Positions 48,081 to 56,804 of a DNA stretch of 64,000 bases are shown here, in pieces. The notes under the pieces are model-generated. The model saw only the letters and a list, made by a program, of their open reading frames with translations, had not been told where the DNA came from and did not search any database. Each line of letters starts with the position of its first letter. Within the stretch, counting starts at the first letter, position 1. The DNA comes from an uncultured bacterium. GTDB taxonomy: Bacteria; Zhuqueibacterota; QNDG01; DTFT01. Made by a program: the position numbers and the translations under genes. The stretch lies in contig CAVTNR010000012.1 in NCBI GenBank assembly GCA_963736115.1, positions 320,001 through 384,000 of the forward strand, in the 5' to 3' direction.

Positions 48081-51000
48081 CTATCTGATCTTGACCGCTT
48101 TCCGAAAGCTCGTCCTGTCCCCGGCCGTCATCCGGATCACATAGAGTCCGGACGGCGCCTCCATTCCGGATCCGTCCCTGCCGTCCCATTCAATCCTGAA
48201 TTCGCCCGCGCTTTTGCGTCCCTCGAACAGCACGGCCGTTTCCCTTCCGTACGCATCCAGGACGCGTATTGAAACCGGACCGGTCTTATCCAACCCGAAC
48301 AGGATGGTCACGGCCGGATTGAAAGGATTCGGGTAAACGGCGGACACTCCGAAAGACGAGGGCCCGGAGTTTCGCGCAGGACGCAATGCCGTGGTGTCAT
48401 GCGAGGTTGTGTCCGGCCGAATGATGCGGACAGCCGTGATGCCGCCCGCGGCCGGATGGTCGTCAAAGGCCAGTCCTGACCATTCGAGGCCGGAGCGCTC
48501 CGGGCCGTCCAATTTCGGCGCGAACCGCAGAATCATGAAGGGTCCGGAACGCGCCTTCGGCCGGCCGGAGTACAGGGCGGCGCGTATCCGTCCTTTCTCA
48601 GGTTCCCGGCAAGCCATCGCCAGGACGTCCATGGAATCAGCCTGTATCGCTTCAACGAATGAAACCGCGGACGTATCGTAATTGACTTCCAGGGACGCGG
48701 AACTGAAACCGAATCCGGCCGGAGCGGAAAGCGCCGCCTCCAGTACGACATCACCGGAATCCGCGGTCAACGCGTCCGGAAAGAGCCCGGCCGCGTCCAG
48801 AGAATCGGGCCGCCGGTTCCAGTTTCCGCTGGCATCTCCGATGACAATGGCCGTGTAATCCTCGGAATAATGGGACCGCCGCAGTTCCGGGTAAATCCGT
48901 TGATCCGGTATGAAACGCCATTCTCCGAGGGGGATGGTTGAGGCATCCGCGGACCCGACCGTCCATGCGGCGATCCGATCGGCATCCGCGGGCTCGATCA
49001 GGCCGTTGCCGTCCGCGTCCGCGGCCGTGCGCCGCTCCGCAGGGAGCGCGTCTCCGGACAAATGGCGCATCACTTCAGCCGCGTCCAATGCCGTGACCGC
49101 GGCCGCTCCGACGCCCTCCCATGCCGCCTTGAAAGGCAGCACTTCCAGGTCGGACACCCCGTATGGAAGGGGCGCCAGCTGATAGAAGCCGGCCGCGTCC
49201 GTTGCGACCGTGTCCGCCAGCGGGCCCCGGGCTTCGACCGAAACGCCGGCCACGGGGTCGCCTGTCCCCGCATAACGGCTGTTCCCCTGTATGGAGAGAT
49301 CCCGGCCGGTCACGACGGACCGTCCGGCCCGCACGGGGTTTTCGTTCAATATGAGCCCGGTCCATTCAATGACAGTCGGCGGAATGGGATACCGGAGCAT
49401 TCGGAACGAAACCGTAAACAGGGCTCCGGAGGCGGGAACGGGATCCTCCGAATAGAGCGCGACCCCAACCCGGCCGCGGACCGTCTCGGACGCAAGCACG
49501 CGGCAGCCGGCGGCTTCGGAAGACGGAATCGCGGAGAGGAAAGCCAGCGCCGTGGTGTCATACTCAAAGAAGCAATTCGCTGAGCGCAGGTCCGTCCGAT
49601 CCCCTGTTCCCACTGGAACCGCAACCGTCTGCTTGAAGCGTTCCGCCACGACCGAATCGGGGAAAACAACAGCCGCATCGGCTGTGTCTGCCTGCCGCCA
49701 TCCGTTTCCGCTCGCGTCCCCGGACAGAGCGGCCTCGAAATCCTGTCCGGTATGGGAATGGGTGATCGCGGAAAAGGTCCTGGACACGGGAGTGAAACGC
49801 CATTCGCCGATGGATGGAACGGATCCGCTCTCACATCCGGCTGAAAACGCCGCGACCAGGGCCGCATCCGTGGTATCGATGCGGCCGTCCGCATTGACGT
49901 CCGCGGCCGCCTGAAGCGCAAGGGGGAGCACGGCCGATCCGGCAGCATGCCGGAGGATGCATGCTGCGTCGAATGCGTTGACAGCTCCCGGCGGGACATC
50001 CGCGCCCGCGGGCTTGGACGGCGTTAAAACCAGGTTCGGTGCGCCGTACGGGATCCACCCGGTCCGGAAATCGCCCGACGCGCCTGTCACGGCGTCCGGA
50101 TTCAGAAGTCCGGCCGATCCGATCACCGCGCCGGAGACGCCAGTGGCGGTTCCGGCATAGGTGACCACGCCGGAGACAGTCAAGTCCACGCCGTTCACGG
50201 CCGTGGTCGCGGTTCCGTACCGGACCTCATTGAATGCGAGCCGTGTCCATGTCAGGGCCGACGCCGGTTCCGGGAACTGCAGCATGCGGAATTTCAGAGT
50301 CAGGAAAGCGGATCCAGGGGAAAGCGGCCGAGTGCCGTACAGAGCGAAGGCGAGCCGGCCGGGTGTCTCCGAATTCGTCACCAGATTGAAGTCTGAGATC
50401 GAAGACGCCTTGTCGGCCCGCACGAATTCAAGCGCGGACGAATTGGTTTCGAGCCGGATGTCGGCTGAATACGCGTTCTGGATATCCGGGACGTTCAGTG
50501 TGACATCAAACAGTCCGGTGTTTCGATACAACGCGACCGCTTCCGGGACGATGCCGCCGGATGCCGCGTCCGAAGGATCCGCTCCCCAATTGCCTGACGC
50601 GTCGCCTGAAAGCAAGGCGGTAAAGTCCTGTCCCGCAACGGAGGCGATGACATTCGAATAGCTCCGGCTGGCGGGCGAGAACCGCCATTCGGATATGCGG
50701 ACACCCGCGGCCGGCGCAAGGCCCGCAGAGACCCTGGCCGCGGCGGCCGCGTCCAAGCTGTTGATCGTTCCGTTTCCGTCCGCGTCCGCGGCCGCCTGCA
50801 GGGCCTGCGGGATGGCACTGCCCGCGGCGTGCCGGAGCATCAGAGCGGCGTCATACGCGGTCAGAACGCCTTCTTCAACCGGAACACCCCCGGTCTTTCC
50901 GGGACGGATAACCAGAGCGGGTTCATTGTACAGAATGGGCCTGAACGCGTATTCCCCTGTTGCGTCCGACCGGACGGAAACCGGGGGGCCGTCTCTCCGG

Positions 51001-52628
51001 ACTTCCACGTCCGGAACCGGCCGGCCCGAGGCGACGTACCGGAACGCGCCCGAAACCGCGAGATCGCCGAAATACTGCACGCCGTCCTGCTCACGGACGT
51101 CGTAGAACAGGCCTGCGGGGATTCCCATGATTTTCTGCACCGCGCCGCTCGGCCAGTGGACGATCAGCGTGTCCACCCTCGCTGCGTTTCCCAGTCCGAA
51201 ATGCACGGTGAAACTGTTGACCTTGTAACCCTCCCCGCCCGTCACCTGCCGCATCTGGCGCCGGCCGTCCGAGAACACTTCGAGACGCGCACCCACGCCG
51301 GACCGGTTGCTCCGCACGCCCGTGAGGCGGAACTGGATCCAGTTGAGGCTTCCCCCGGTGTTCCGGTACAGGGACGCGAACTGCGCAGGGACGTACGGGT
51401 TGAGGCTTCTGCCCATGTAGATGTCGACATACCCGTCATGGTTGTAGTCCGCGACCGGCGCGGACCAGTACCAGCGGTACGCGCCTTCGTCGATCCCCGC
51501 GCGGTAGGCCATGTCCGCGAACTTGCCGTTTCCCCAGTTCCGCAGGAGCGCGGCGTCGCCGCCCCACTCGTTGATGGACAGGATGTCCGTCCATCCGTCA
51601 TTGTCGAAGTCCGCGGCCGTGAGCCCGCCTCCGAACACATTGTCGAGGTGGTACCAGCCCAGGTTCAAGCCGATGCCCGCCTGCTCGGTGACGTCCGTGA
51701 ATGTGCCGTCGCCGTCGTTGCGGAACAACCGGCCGAACACATTGCCCGGATTGTCCGCGAACTCGCGCTTGAGGAACAGATCCCACCATCCGTCATTGTC
51801 GTAGTCGAGAAACAGGGCGCCGAGACAGCGGGTGTCGGAGGGGAGGCCCCGGTCGGCGGTGCGCTCGGTGAAGGCGCCGTTTCCGTTGTTGGACAGGAAA
51901 ACCGAAGGCGCGTCGTATCCCGGCGCGTAGATGTCGACGAAACCGTCGTTGTCCACGTCCGCGGCCGCGAATCCGTACTTGTTCTCGGGCGTGGGCCTGT
52001 AGTCCCAGATGCCGGCTTCCCGCGTCTTTTCCTCGAATCCGCCCCGGCCGTTGTTCATGAACACGAGAAACCGGGGGTCGTAGGCGAGGTTCTCCGGCCA
52101 GGTGTCACGGGTCGCGAACAGGTCGACGAACCCGTCGTTGTCGATGTCCATGAAGGCGAGGTTCCGGGCGCGGATCGTCATGCCTTGCGGATCATAGACG
52201 CGGTCCACGTCTCCGAAGGTCCCGTTCCCCCGGTTCTCGTAAAAGAGGATCCGGTTGTACTTGCCCATGGCCACGGTCATGTCCATGTCGCCGTCATTGT
52301 CGAAATCCGCGGCCGCCAGGCCCTGGGCGCTGGACCGGTCGTATCCCCTCGTCTCGGACGCACCCGTGACGTTGATGAAAGCGCCGTTGCCCTTGTTCCT
52401 CAGCAGAGAGTGATCGGTGTCGGCCTGGCCCGTGCTGTAGTTGTGGATGACGTAGATATCGTCCCATCCGTCCCCGTTAGTGTCGAAAAATCCGGAGCCG
52501 TGTGTGTTGCACAGCACCTGGGTGCCGGAGGCAACTCCGACGTCGTTGAACGACGCCTGGCCGAAGGCGGAAGCGGTCAGGCCGAACGCCAGCAGGACGA
52601 GGCATGCATGCCGGGAGTGTCGGGACAT
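48081..52628 (-). CDS. large secreted FG-GAP/ASPIC-UnbV protein with three tandem [Ig-dockerin]-[cohesin] modules and FlgD-like tail (paralog 4)
   Basis: About 1515 aa; three copies of A.DAA..(L/M)RH..G..AAD...(N/D)G.I...DA..WRF.P..D(F/Y).A...GDASGN, each followed by a beta-sandwich with ALY and F; YPNPFNP tail. Start may be 52679. Confidence 0.9.
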   Translation of the reverse strand: MSRHSRHACLVLLAFGLTASAFGQASFNDVGVASGTQVLCNTHGSGFFDTNGDGWDDIYVIHNYSTGQADTDHSLLRNKGNGAFINVTGASETRGYDRSSAQGLAAADFDNDGDMDMTVAMGKYNRILFYENRGNGTFGDVDRVYDPQGMTIRARNLAFMDIDNDGFVDLFATRDTWPENLAYDPRFLVFMNNGRGGFEEKTREAGIWDYRPTPENKYGFAAADVDNDGFVDIYAPGYDAPSVFLSNNGNGAFTERTADRGLPSDTRCLGALFLDYDNDGWWDLFLKREFADNPGNVFGRLFRNDGDGTFTDVTEQAGIGLNLGWYHLDNVFGGGLTAADFDNDGWTDILSINEWGGDAALLRNWGNGKFADMAYRAGIDEGAYRWYWSAPVADYNHDGYVDIYMGRSLNPYVPAQFASLYRNTGGSLNWIQFRLTGVRSNRSGVGARLEVFSDGRRQMRQVTGGEGYKVNSFTVHFGLGNAARVDTLIVHWPSGAVQKIMGIPAGLFYDVREQDGVQYFGDLAVSGAFRYVASGRPVPDVEVRRDGPPVSVRSDATGEYAFRPILYNEPALVIRPGKTGGVPVEEGVLTAYDAALMLRHAAGSAIPQALQAAADADGNGTINSLDAAAAARVSAGLAPAAGVRISEWRFSPASRSYSNVIASVAGQDFTALLSGDASGNWGADPSDAASGGIVPEAVALYRNTGLFDVTLNVPDIQNAYSADIRLETNSSALEFVRADKASSISDFNLVTNSETPGRLAFALYGTRPLSPGSAFLTLKFRMLQFPEPASALTWTRLAFNEVRYGTATTAVNGVDLTVSGVVTYAGTATGVSGAVIGSAGLLNPDAVTGASGDFRTGWIPYGAPNLVLTPSKPAGADVPPGAVNAFDAACILRHAAGSAVLPLALQAAADVNADGRIDTTDAALVAAFSAGCESGSVPSIGEWRFTPVSRTFSAITHSHTGQDFEAALSGDASGNGWRQADTADAAVVFPDSVVAERFKQTVAVPVGTGDRTDLRSANCFFEYDTTALAFLSAIPSSEAAGCRVLASETVRGRVGVALYSEDPVPASGALFTVSFRMLRYPIPPTVIEWTGLILNENPVRAGRSVVTGRDLSIQGNSRYAGTGDPVAGVSVEARGPLADTVATDAAGFYQLAPLPYGVSDLEVLPFKAAWEGVGAAAVTALDAAEVMRHLSGDALPAERRTAADADGNGLIEPADADRIAAWTVGSADASTIPLGEWRFIPDQRIYPELRRSHYSEDYTAIVIGDASGNWNRRPDSLDAAGLFPDALTADSGDVVLEAALSAPAGFGFSSASLEVNYDTSAVSFVEAIQADSMDVLAMACREPEKGRIRAALYSGRPKARSGPFMILRFAPKLDGPERSGLEWSGLAFDDHPAAGGITAVRIIRPDTTSHDTTALRPARNSGPSSFGVSAVYPNPFNPAVTILFGLDKTGPVSIRVLDAYGRETAVLFEGRKSAGEFRIEWDGRDGSGMEAPSGLYVIRMTAGDRTSFRKAVKIR

Positions 52629-52686
52629 CGCCTTTCGACCTCCTCGTTTATCCGTTTTCCGCATCAATTCGTGTCCCATTTTTATC

Positions 52687-53538
52687 CTAAATATTCAGCA
52701 ACGGGAACTCGGAATACAAATTGTCCACATCCCCGGCTTCGAGATCCGCTGAACGAAACAGCCTCGGCCGTTTCAGCGCCAGCCGGAAGGAACCCGGAAT
52801 CCGCACTCCCTTCAGCATCCTCTCGTCCGCGTACAGGGACGTGACGCGGAGACTCAGGCACAGCTTCGCGACCGCGCGTCCGGAACACCGGCTGAATACC
52901 TCCGGATTTCCGAGGTGGTGGATCGAGCCGAGCCAGAACGGCTTTTTCCTCCGGACCATGCGGCTGATCACGCAGAAACAGCGTCCCCCTCCGGATGTGA
53001 TCAGAAAGCCATGGCATCCGGGAAACCGGTGATCGTCCCTGAGCCTGCGCTCCTCCGGAGTCAGAATGTCCTCCTCCCCTTCGTCCGCCTCGGTCACCCG
53101 GCACGCAGGCCCGGAGGGAAAACGGGGCATGAGCACGGATGTGCCGGTTTCCAGTTCACGGAACCCGGCTTTCAGCAGAAGCCCGGACACTTCGGCCGAG
53201 GGCGTGAGATCCACAATGTCCGTTCCCTTTTCCTTCAGCAGGGGCAGGAGCATGAATACACTCCGGCCCCGGAACGGTTCCCGCACGATCCAGCTGGTCA
53301 GGCTGCAACTCCTGCGCTCCCGGCCGGCCAGAACACGACGGCTGAATAAAGCGCCCAGGAATCCCACGGGGCTCTCGCCATCCAGCATCAAGGTGCCGCA
53401 AAACGGCTCTCCGGATCGGAACGGATCAGTGAAGATCAGGCGCCAGCCTTCGTCCGCCACATAGGGGTTGCGGAATTCCCTCAACAGGGGGAGCGCGGCG
53501 TCGAAATCAGCCGGCCCCGCGTTCCGCACGGTCACCAA
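52687..53538 (-). CDS. GNAT-family acyltransferase-like protein
   Basis: VR.A...D, VGFLG, SWIVREPFRGRS, DLTPS..V...L.K.GF. Confidence 0.65.
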   Translation of the reverse strand: MVTVRNAGPADFDAALPLLREFRNPYVADEGWRLIFTDPFRSGEPFCGTLMLDGESPVGFLGALFSRRVLAGRERRSCSLTSWIVREPFRGRSVFMLLPLLKEKGTDIVDLTPSAEVSGLLLKAGFRELETGTSVLMPRFPSGPACRVTEADEGEEDILTPEERRLRDDHRFPGCHGFLITSGGGRCFCVISRMVRRKKPFWLGSIHHLGNPEVFSRCSGRAVAKLCLSLRVTSLYADERMLKGVRIPGSFRLALKRPRLFRSADLEAGDVDNLYSEFPLLNI

Positions 53539-54821
53539 GCCGCGGCTCCGGATTCCGTGAGCCGGTCCAGGCGGCGCACCGTTCCGTCCGGGTCCGCGGC
53601 ATATTCGTCCGGCCGCGGGTGGGACAGGAACAGGAGCGGGCTGGCGGAGTACGCGTACGCCCCGGAGTTGAATATCCCGATCCAGTCGCCGATTTCGGGT
53701 TTCGCGAGCCGGATCCGGTCTCCCATGACGTCGATCGACGTGCAGAGCGGCCCGACGGCCGTCACTTCAACCGTCTCCGCGTCAGCCGGTTTCGACAGGT
53801 TGCGAGCCCTGAAATTCTTCCGTATGACCTGCCCGAAATTGCCGCTGGCCGCGAGGTGATGGTTCATTCCGCCCTCGAGCACGACATAGTCGCGGCCGCG
53901 CGACGATTTTACGTCCACGACGGCCGCTGCGTACAGGCCGGACTGGGCCGTGAGCCAGCGGCCGAGCTCGATGATCGCGGCCGGCGCATCCGCCGGGTTG
54001 AGCTCCTTTTTCAGGCCGGCCCATTCCGCGTTCAGCGCCGCGCATGCGGATGTGGCGTCGAGTTCCGCCTGTCCCTCATGATAAGGGACGCCGAATCCGC
54101 CGCCGAAATTCACGATGCGCAGGAGCGGGGCCATGCCTCCGGCCAGGGTCCTGCGGACGATGTCCGCCGTGTGTTTGAAATTCGCGGCCAGAGCCTCCGC
54201 ATTCAGGCACTGGGTGCCCGCGTAGACGTGAATGCCCCTCGGCCGCACATGGGGCATGCGGCTGAACAGGTCCAGGATTTCCGGCAGGCGTTCCTCGTCC
54301 GTGCCGAAGGCCGAGGATTTGCCGCCCATCTTGATCGCGAATTCCCGAATCAGCAGGGAGGGATTGACGCGCACGGACGCGTCCGCGATCCTGCTCTCCG
54401 CGGAGGCCGCGGCCTCGAGTCGTTTGAGCTCGTTCGGCGATTCGACGCTGAGGCCGCCGATTCCGGCCCGGACCGCGAAGCGGAGTTCGGCGTCCGTCTT
54501 GCCCGGACCCGCGAAATGGATGCGTTCGGGTTTGAACCCGGCTTTCAGCGCTGCCGCCAGCTCGCCCCCGGAGGACACATCCGCGCCGTCCGTCCAGGCG
54601 GCCATGGCACCGAGCAGGTCCGGATTCGGATTGGCCTTGACCGCGTAATAGACGAGTATGGAAGGATCGAGCAGATTCCGGAGCCGCGCCGCGCGCTCCC
54701 GGATCAGGCCCAGATCGTACAGATAGAAGGGCCTTTCAGCGGAAGCAAGCAGCCCGGCGAAAGCGTCCGTTTCCCAGAACGGGATCCGGCCCGTTGCCGG
54801 TTCAGGATTTCCGTTTCGCAT
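53532..54821 (-). CDS. PLP-dependent decarboxylase (Orn/DAP/Arg family; exosortase A system-associated type)
   Basis: PFYLYD, YAVKANP (PLP Lys), DVSSGGE, FAGPGK, KMGG..S.FG.DEE, H.YAG.Q, GGGFG, ELGR, GGMNHHLAASGN.GQV.RKN, GPLCT..D, GAY. Confidence 0.9.
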   Translation of the reverse strand: MRNGNPEPATGRIPFWETDAFAGLLASAERPFYLYDLGLIRERAARLRNLLDPSILVYYAVKANPNPDLLGAMAAWTDGADVSSGGELAAALKAGFKPERIHFAGPGKTDAELRFAVRAGIGGLSVESPNELKRLEAAASAESRIADASVRVNPSLLIREFAIKMGGKSSAFGTDEERLPEILDLFSRMPHVRPRGIHVYAGTQCLNAEALAANFKHTADIVRRTLAGGMAPLLRIVNFGGGFGVPYHEGQAELDATSACAALNAEWAGLKKELNPADAPAAIIELGRWLTAQSGLYAAAVVDVKSSRGRDYVVLEGGMNHHLAASGNFGQVIRKNFRARNLSKPADAETVEVTAVGPLCTSIDVMGDRIRLAKPEIGDWIGIFNSGAYAYSASPLLFLSHPRPDEYAADPDGTVRRLDRLTESGAAAW

Positions 54822-56457
54822 CCGAATGCTCCCTGACGGTCCGCGTGCGGTCGATCTTCCCGTTCGCGGTCAGCGGGAAGGCGGACAGCACGACCACGTC
54901 GTCCGGCACCAGGTAGAAGGGGAAATTCCGTTTACAGTGGCCGATCACGGTTTCAGCCGTTGCGGCCGGCGAGGACAGGGTCATGAAAACGCGGAGCCTG
55001 ATTTCGTCCTCCTCCTCGTATGCCGCGGCCACGCATTCCGCGACGCCCGGTATGGCCGTGACGCGCTCCTCCACCTCGGTCGGGCTGACGCGGTATCCCT
55101 TGGTCTTGATCATGGCATCGCGCCGGCCCACGTAATACAGAAAACCTTCGGCGTCGCGCTTCACGATGTCGCCGGAGAAAACCACGGTTTCCAGGTGGCG
55201 GTTGGACGGATCGAGCAGGGGATTCGGACGAAACACTTCGGCCGTCTTTTCCGGATTGTTCCAGTATCCGCGGGTGATGAGGGCTCCGCGGTGCACGAGT
55301 TCTCCCTCTTCGTCCGGGCCGCATTCGCGTCCCTGTCCGTCCACCACGAAAACCTCGACACCGGGGATTGCCTTGCCGATCGAATCCGGCCTGCGGTCGA
55401 TCTGGTCCGGATCCAGAAAGGTGGAGCGGAAGGCCTCCGTGAGGCCGTACATGAGGAAGATCCGGGTGCGTGGGAAAAGGCCGCGCAGTTTTCCGACCAC
55501 GGGCACCGGCACCTTGCCGCCCGAATTCGTGATCACCCGGAGGCGCGAGAAATCATGCGGCTTGGACGTGTCGCAGAGTCTGGGGTTGAAAATCTTGAGC
55601 CATACGGGCGGCATGCCGGCGAACACTGTGATCGCCCGGGTCTCGAGCGTTCGGAGCAGGTCGTTCGGCATGAAGAACTGGTGCAGAACAAAAGTGCCGC
55701 CGAGCAGAACCGCGTCCATGAGCTGGTTGAACCCGTAGTCGAAGTTGAGGGGAAGCAGGCCGAGAATCCGGTCCTCCCCGGACAGGCCGGTGTACGCGCT
55801 CACGATTTTCGCGCCGTCAATTGAATTGCGGTGCGTCACCACGATGCCCTTGGGCAGTCCGGTGGAGCCGGAAGTGTAGATGATGTGCGAAACGTCGTCC
55901 GTGATCCGTCCCGGTTCGACTGCCGCGGCCGGCATGGCCTCGGGCCTGAAGGCGCGGTTGAACGCTGCGTCCGGGCCGCAGTTCGCGTGTCCGGGGTCCC
56001 GCTTGCCGCCGCCCGGGGAACCGGGGTTCTCTGCCCCGCCGCCGAAGGTCACCGCGCCCGCAACACCCGCTTCCATCCACCGGTCCGGTGTAATGCGGTC
56101 CCGGCCGCGTCCGTTCGGCATCAGCATGTCCTGCGAGACGGCCAAAGTCCGGATGCCGCAGTCCTTCACGATGTGCAGCACCTGGTCCTCGGCCAGAATG
56201 GGGTTGAGGAGCACCACCACGCCGCCCGCCATCCAGACACCGAACATGGCCAGGACCTGATCGATGGTCTTGTCCATGTAAATGCCCGCGGGAGCGCCCG
56301 GCTCCAGTCCGGCTTCGATGAGCGCGGCTGCCGTGCGCCTGGCCCCTTCGACCGTTGCCGCATAGGACAATGTCCGCCCCGGCTCCTCGAGGCAGGGCTT
56401 GTCCGGAAAGCGGCTTGCGCTGTCCTCCAGGAGATGATGGTTCAGCCAGGGTCTCAT
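54802..56457 (-). CDS. AMP-forming acyl/amino acid-[carrier] ligase (exosortase A system-associated type)
   Basis: IIYTSGSTGLPKG, LP..FDYG.NQ, MYGLTEAFRST.L, RPDSIGKAIP, ELVHRG, GYRVSPTEVE, NGKIDR. Confidence 0.9.
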   Translation of the reverse strand: MRPWLNHHLLEDSASRFPDKPCLEEPGRTLSYAATVEGARRTAAALIEAGLEPGAPAGIYMDKTIDQVLAMFGVWMAGGVVVLLNPILAEDQVLHIVKDCGIRTLAVSQDMLMPNGRGRDRITPDRWMEAGVAGAVTFGGGAENPGSPGGGKRDPGHANCGPDAAFNRAFRPEAMPAAAVEPGRITDDVSHIIYTSGSTGLPKGIVVTHRNSIDGAKIVSAYTGLSGEDRILGLLPLNFDYGFNQLMDAVLLGGTFVLHQFFMPNDLLRTLETRAITVFAGMPPVWLKIFNPRLCDTSKPHDFSRLRVITNSGGKVPVPVVGKLRGLFPRTRIFLMYGLTEAFRSTFLDPDQIDRRPDSIGKAIPGVEVFVVDGQGRECGPDEEGELVHRGALITRGYWNNPEKTAEVFRPNPLLDPSNRHLETVVFSGDIVKRDAEGFLYYVGRRDAMIKTKGYRVSPTEVEERVTAIPGVAECVAAAYEEEDEIRLRVFMTLSSPAATAETVIGHCKRNFPFYLVPDDVVVLSAFPLTANGKIDRTRTVREHSDAKRKS

Positions 56458-56705
56458 CCGTCCGTCCGCATGTTCCGGAGTACCAGGTCGGCCACGGATT
56501 GGATCGTGGAAAACTGGGCTTCAGTAACGTCTTCAATGGCAATGGCCGCCCCAAACCGGGTCTCCAGGAATGTCAGAAATTCGACCACCCCGAACGAATC
56601 CAGCGCGCCCTTGTCGAACAGGTTGTCCGAGTCCGAGGGCTCGAATCCGACCGTGGTTTTGAAATGACCACGAAGTTCCTGCCTGATTTCTTGAATATTC
56701 GGCAT
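56454..56705 (-). CDS. acyl carrier protein
   Basis: 83 aa acidic; LF..GALDSFG phosphopantetheine Ser motif; LE..FG..I. Confidence 0.88.
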   Translation of the reverse strand: MPNIQEIRQELRGHFKTTVGFEPSDSDNLFDKGALDSFGVVEFLTFLETRFGAAIAIEDVTEAQFSTIQSVADLVLRNMRTDG

Positions 56706-56775
56706 GACAGCCCTTTTTATTACGGATTGGACCATTTTACGGATAGATCAATCACTTGCCGCCTAACTAATTGAA

Positions 56776-56804
56776 AATATAGCAAATTCTTCACTTTTTG
56801 GCAA
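56776..56804 (-). promoter_or_regulatory. sigma70-type promoter for the ACP-ligase-decarboxylase-GNAT unit
   Basis: TTGCCA-17 nt-TATATT with extended -10 TG. Confidence 0.6.

Noticed and set aside
38578-52628. A cellulosome
   Set aside because: No glycoside hydrolase catalytic domains are attached to the dockerin-like modules, and the context is biosynthetic.
53532-54821. Housekeeping lysA
   Set aside because: The KMGG and HHLAASGN.GQV motifs and the ACP/ligase context fit the EPS-associated subfamily, so no symbol was assigned.
56754-56767. GTTAGGC core and GGCGGCAAGTG (ops-like) upstream of the ACP
   Set aside because: No attC hairpin partner; mismatches to the ops consensus GGCGGTAG and no RfaH-like gene in the window.
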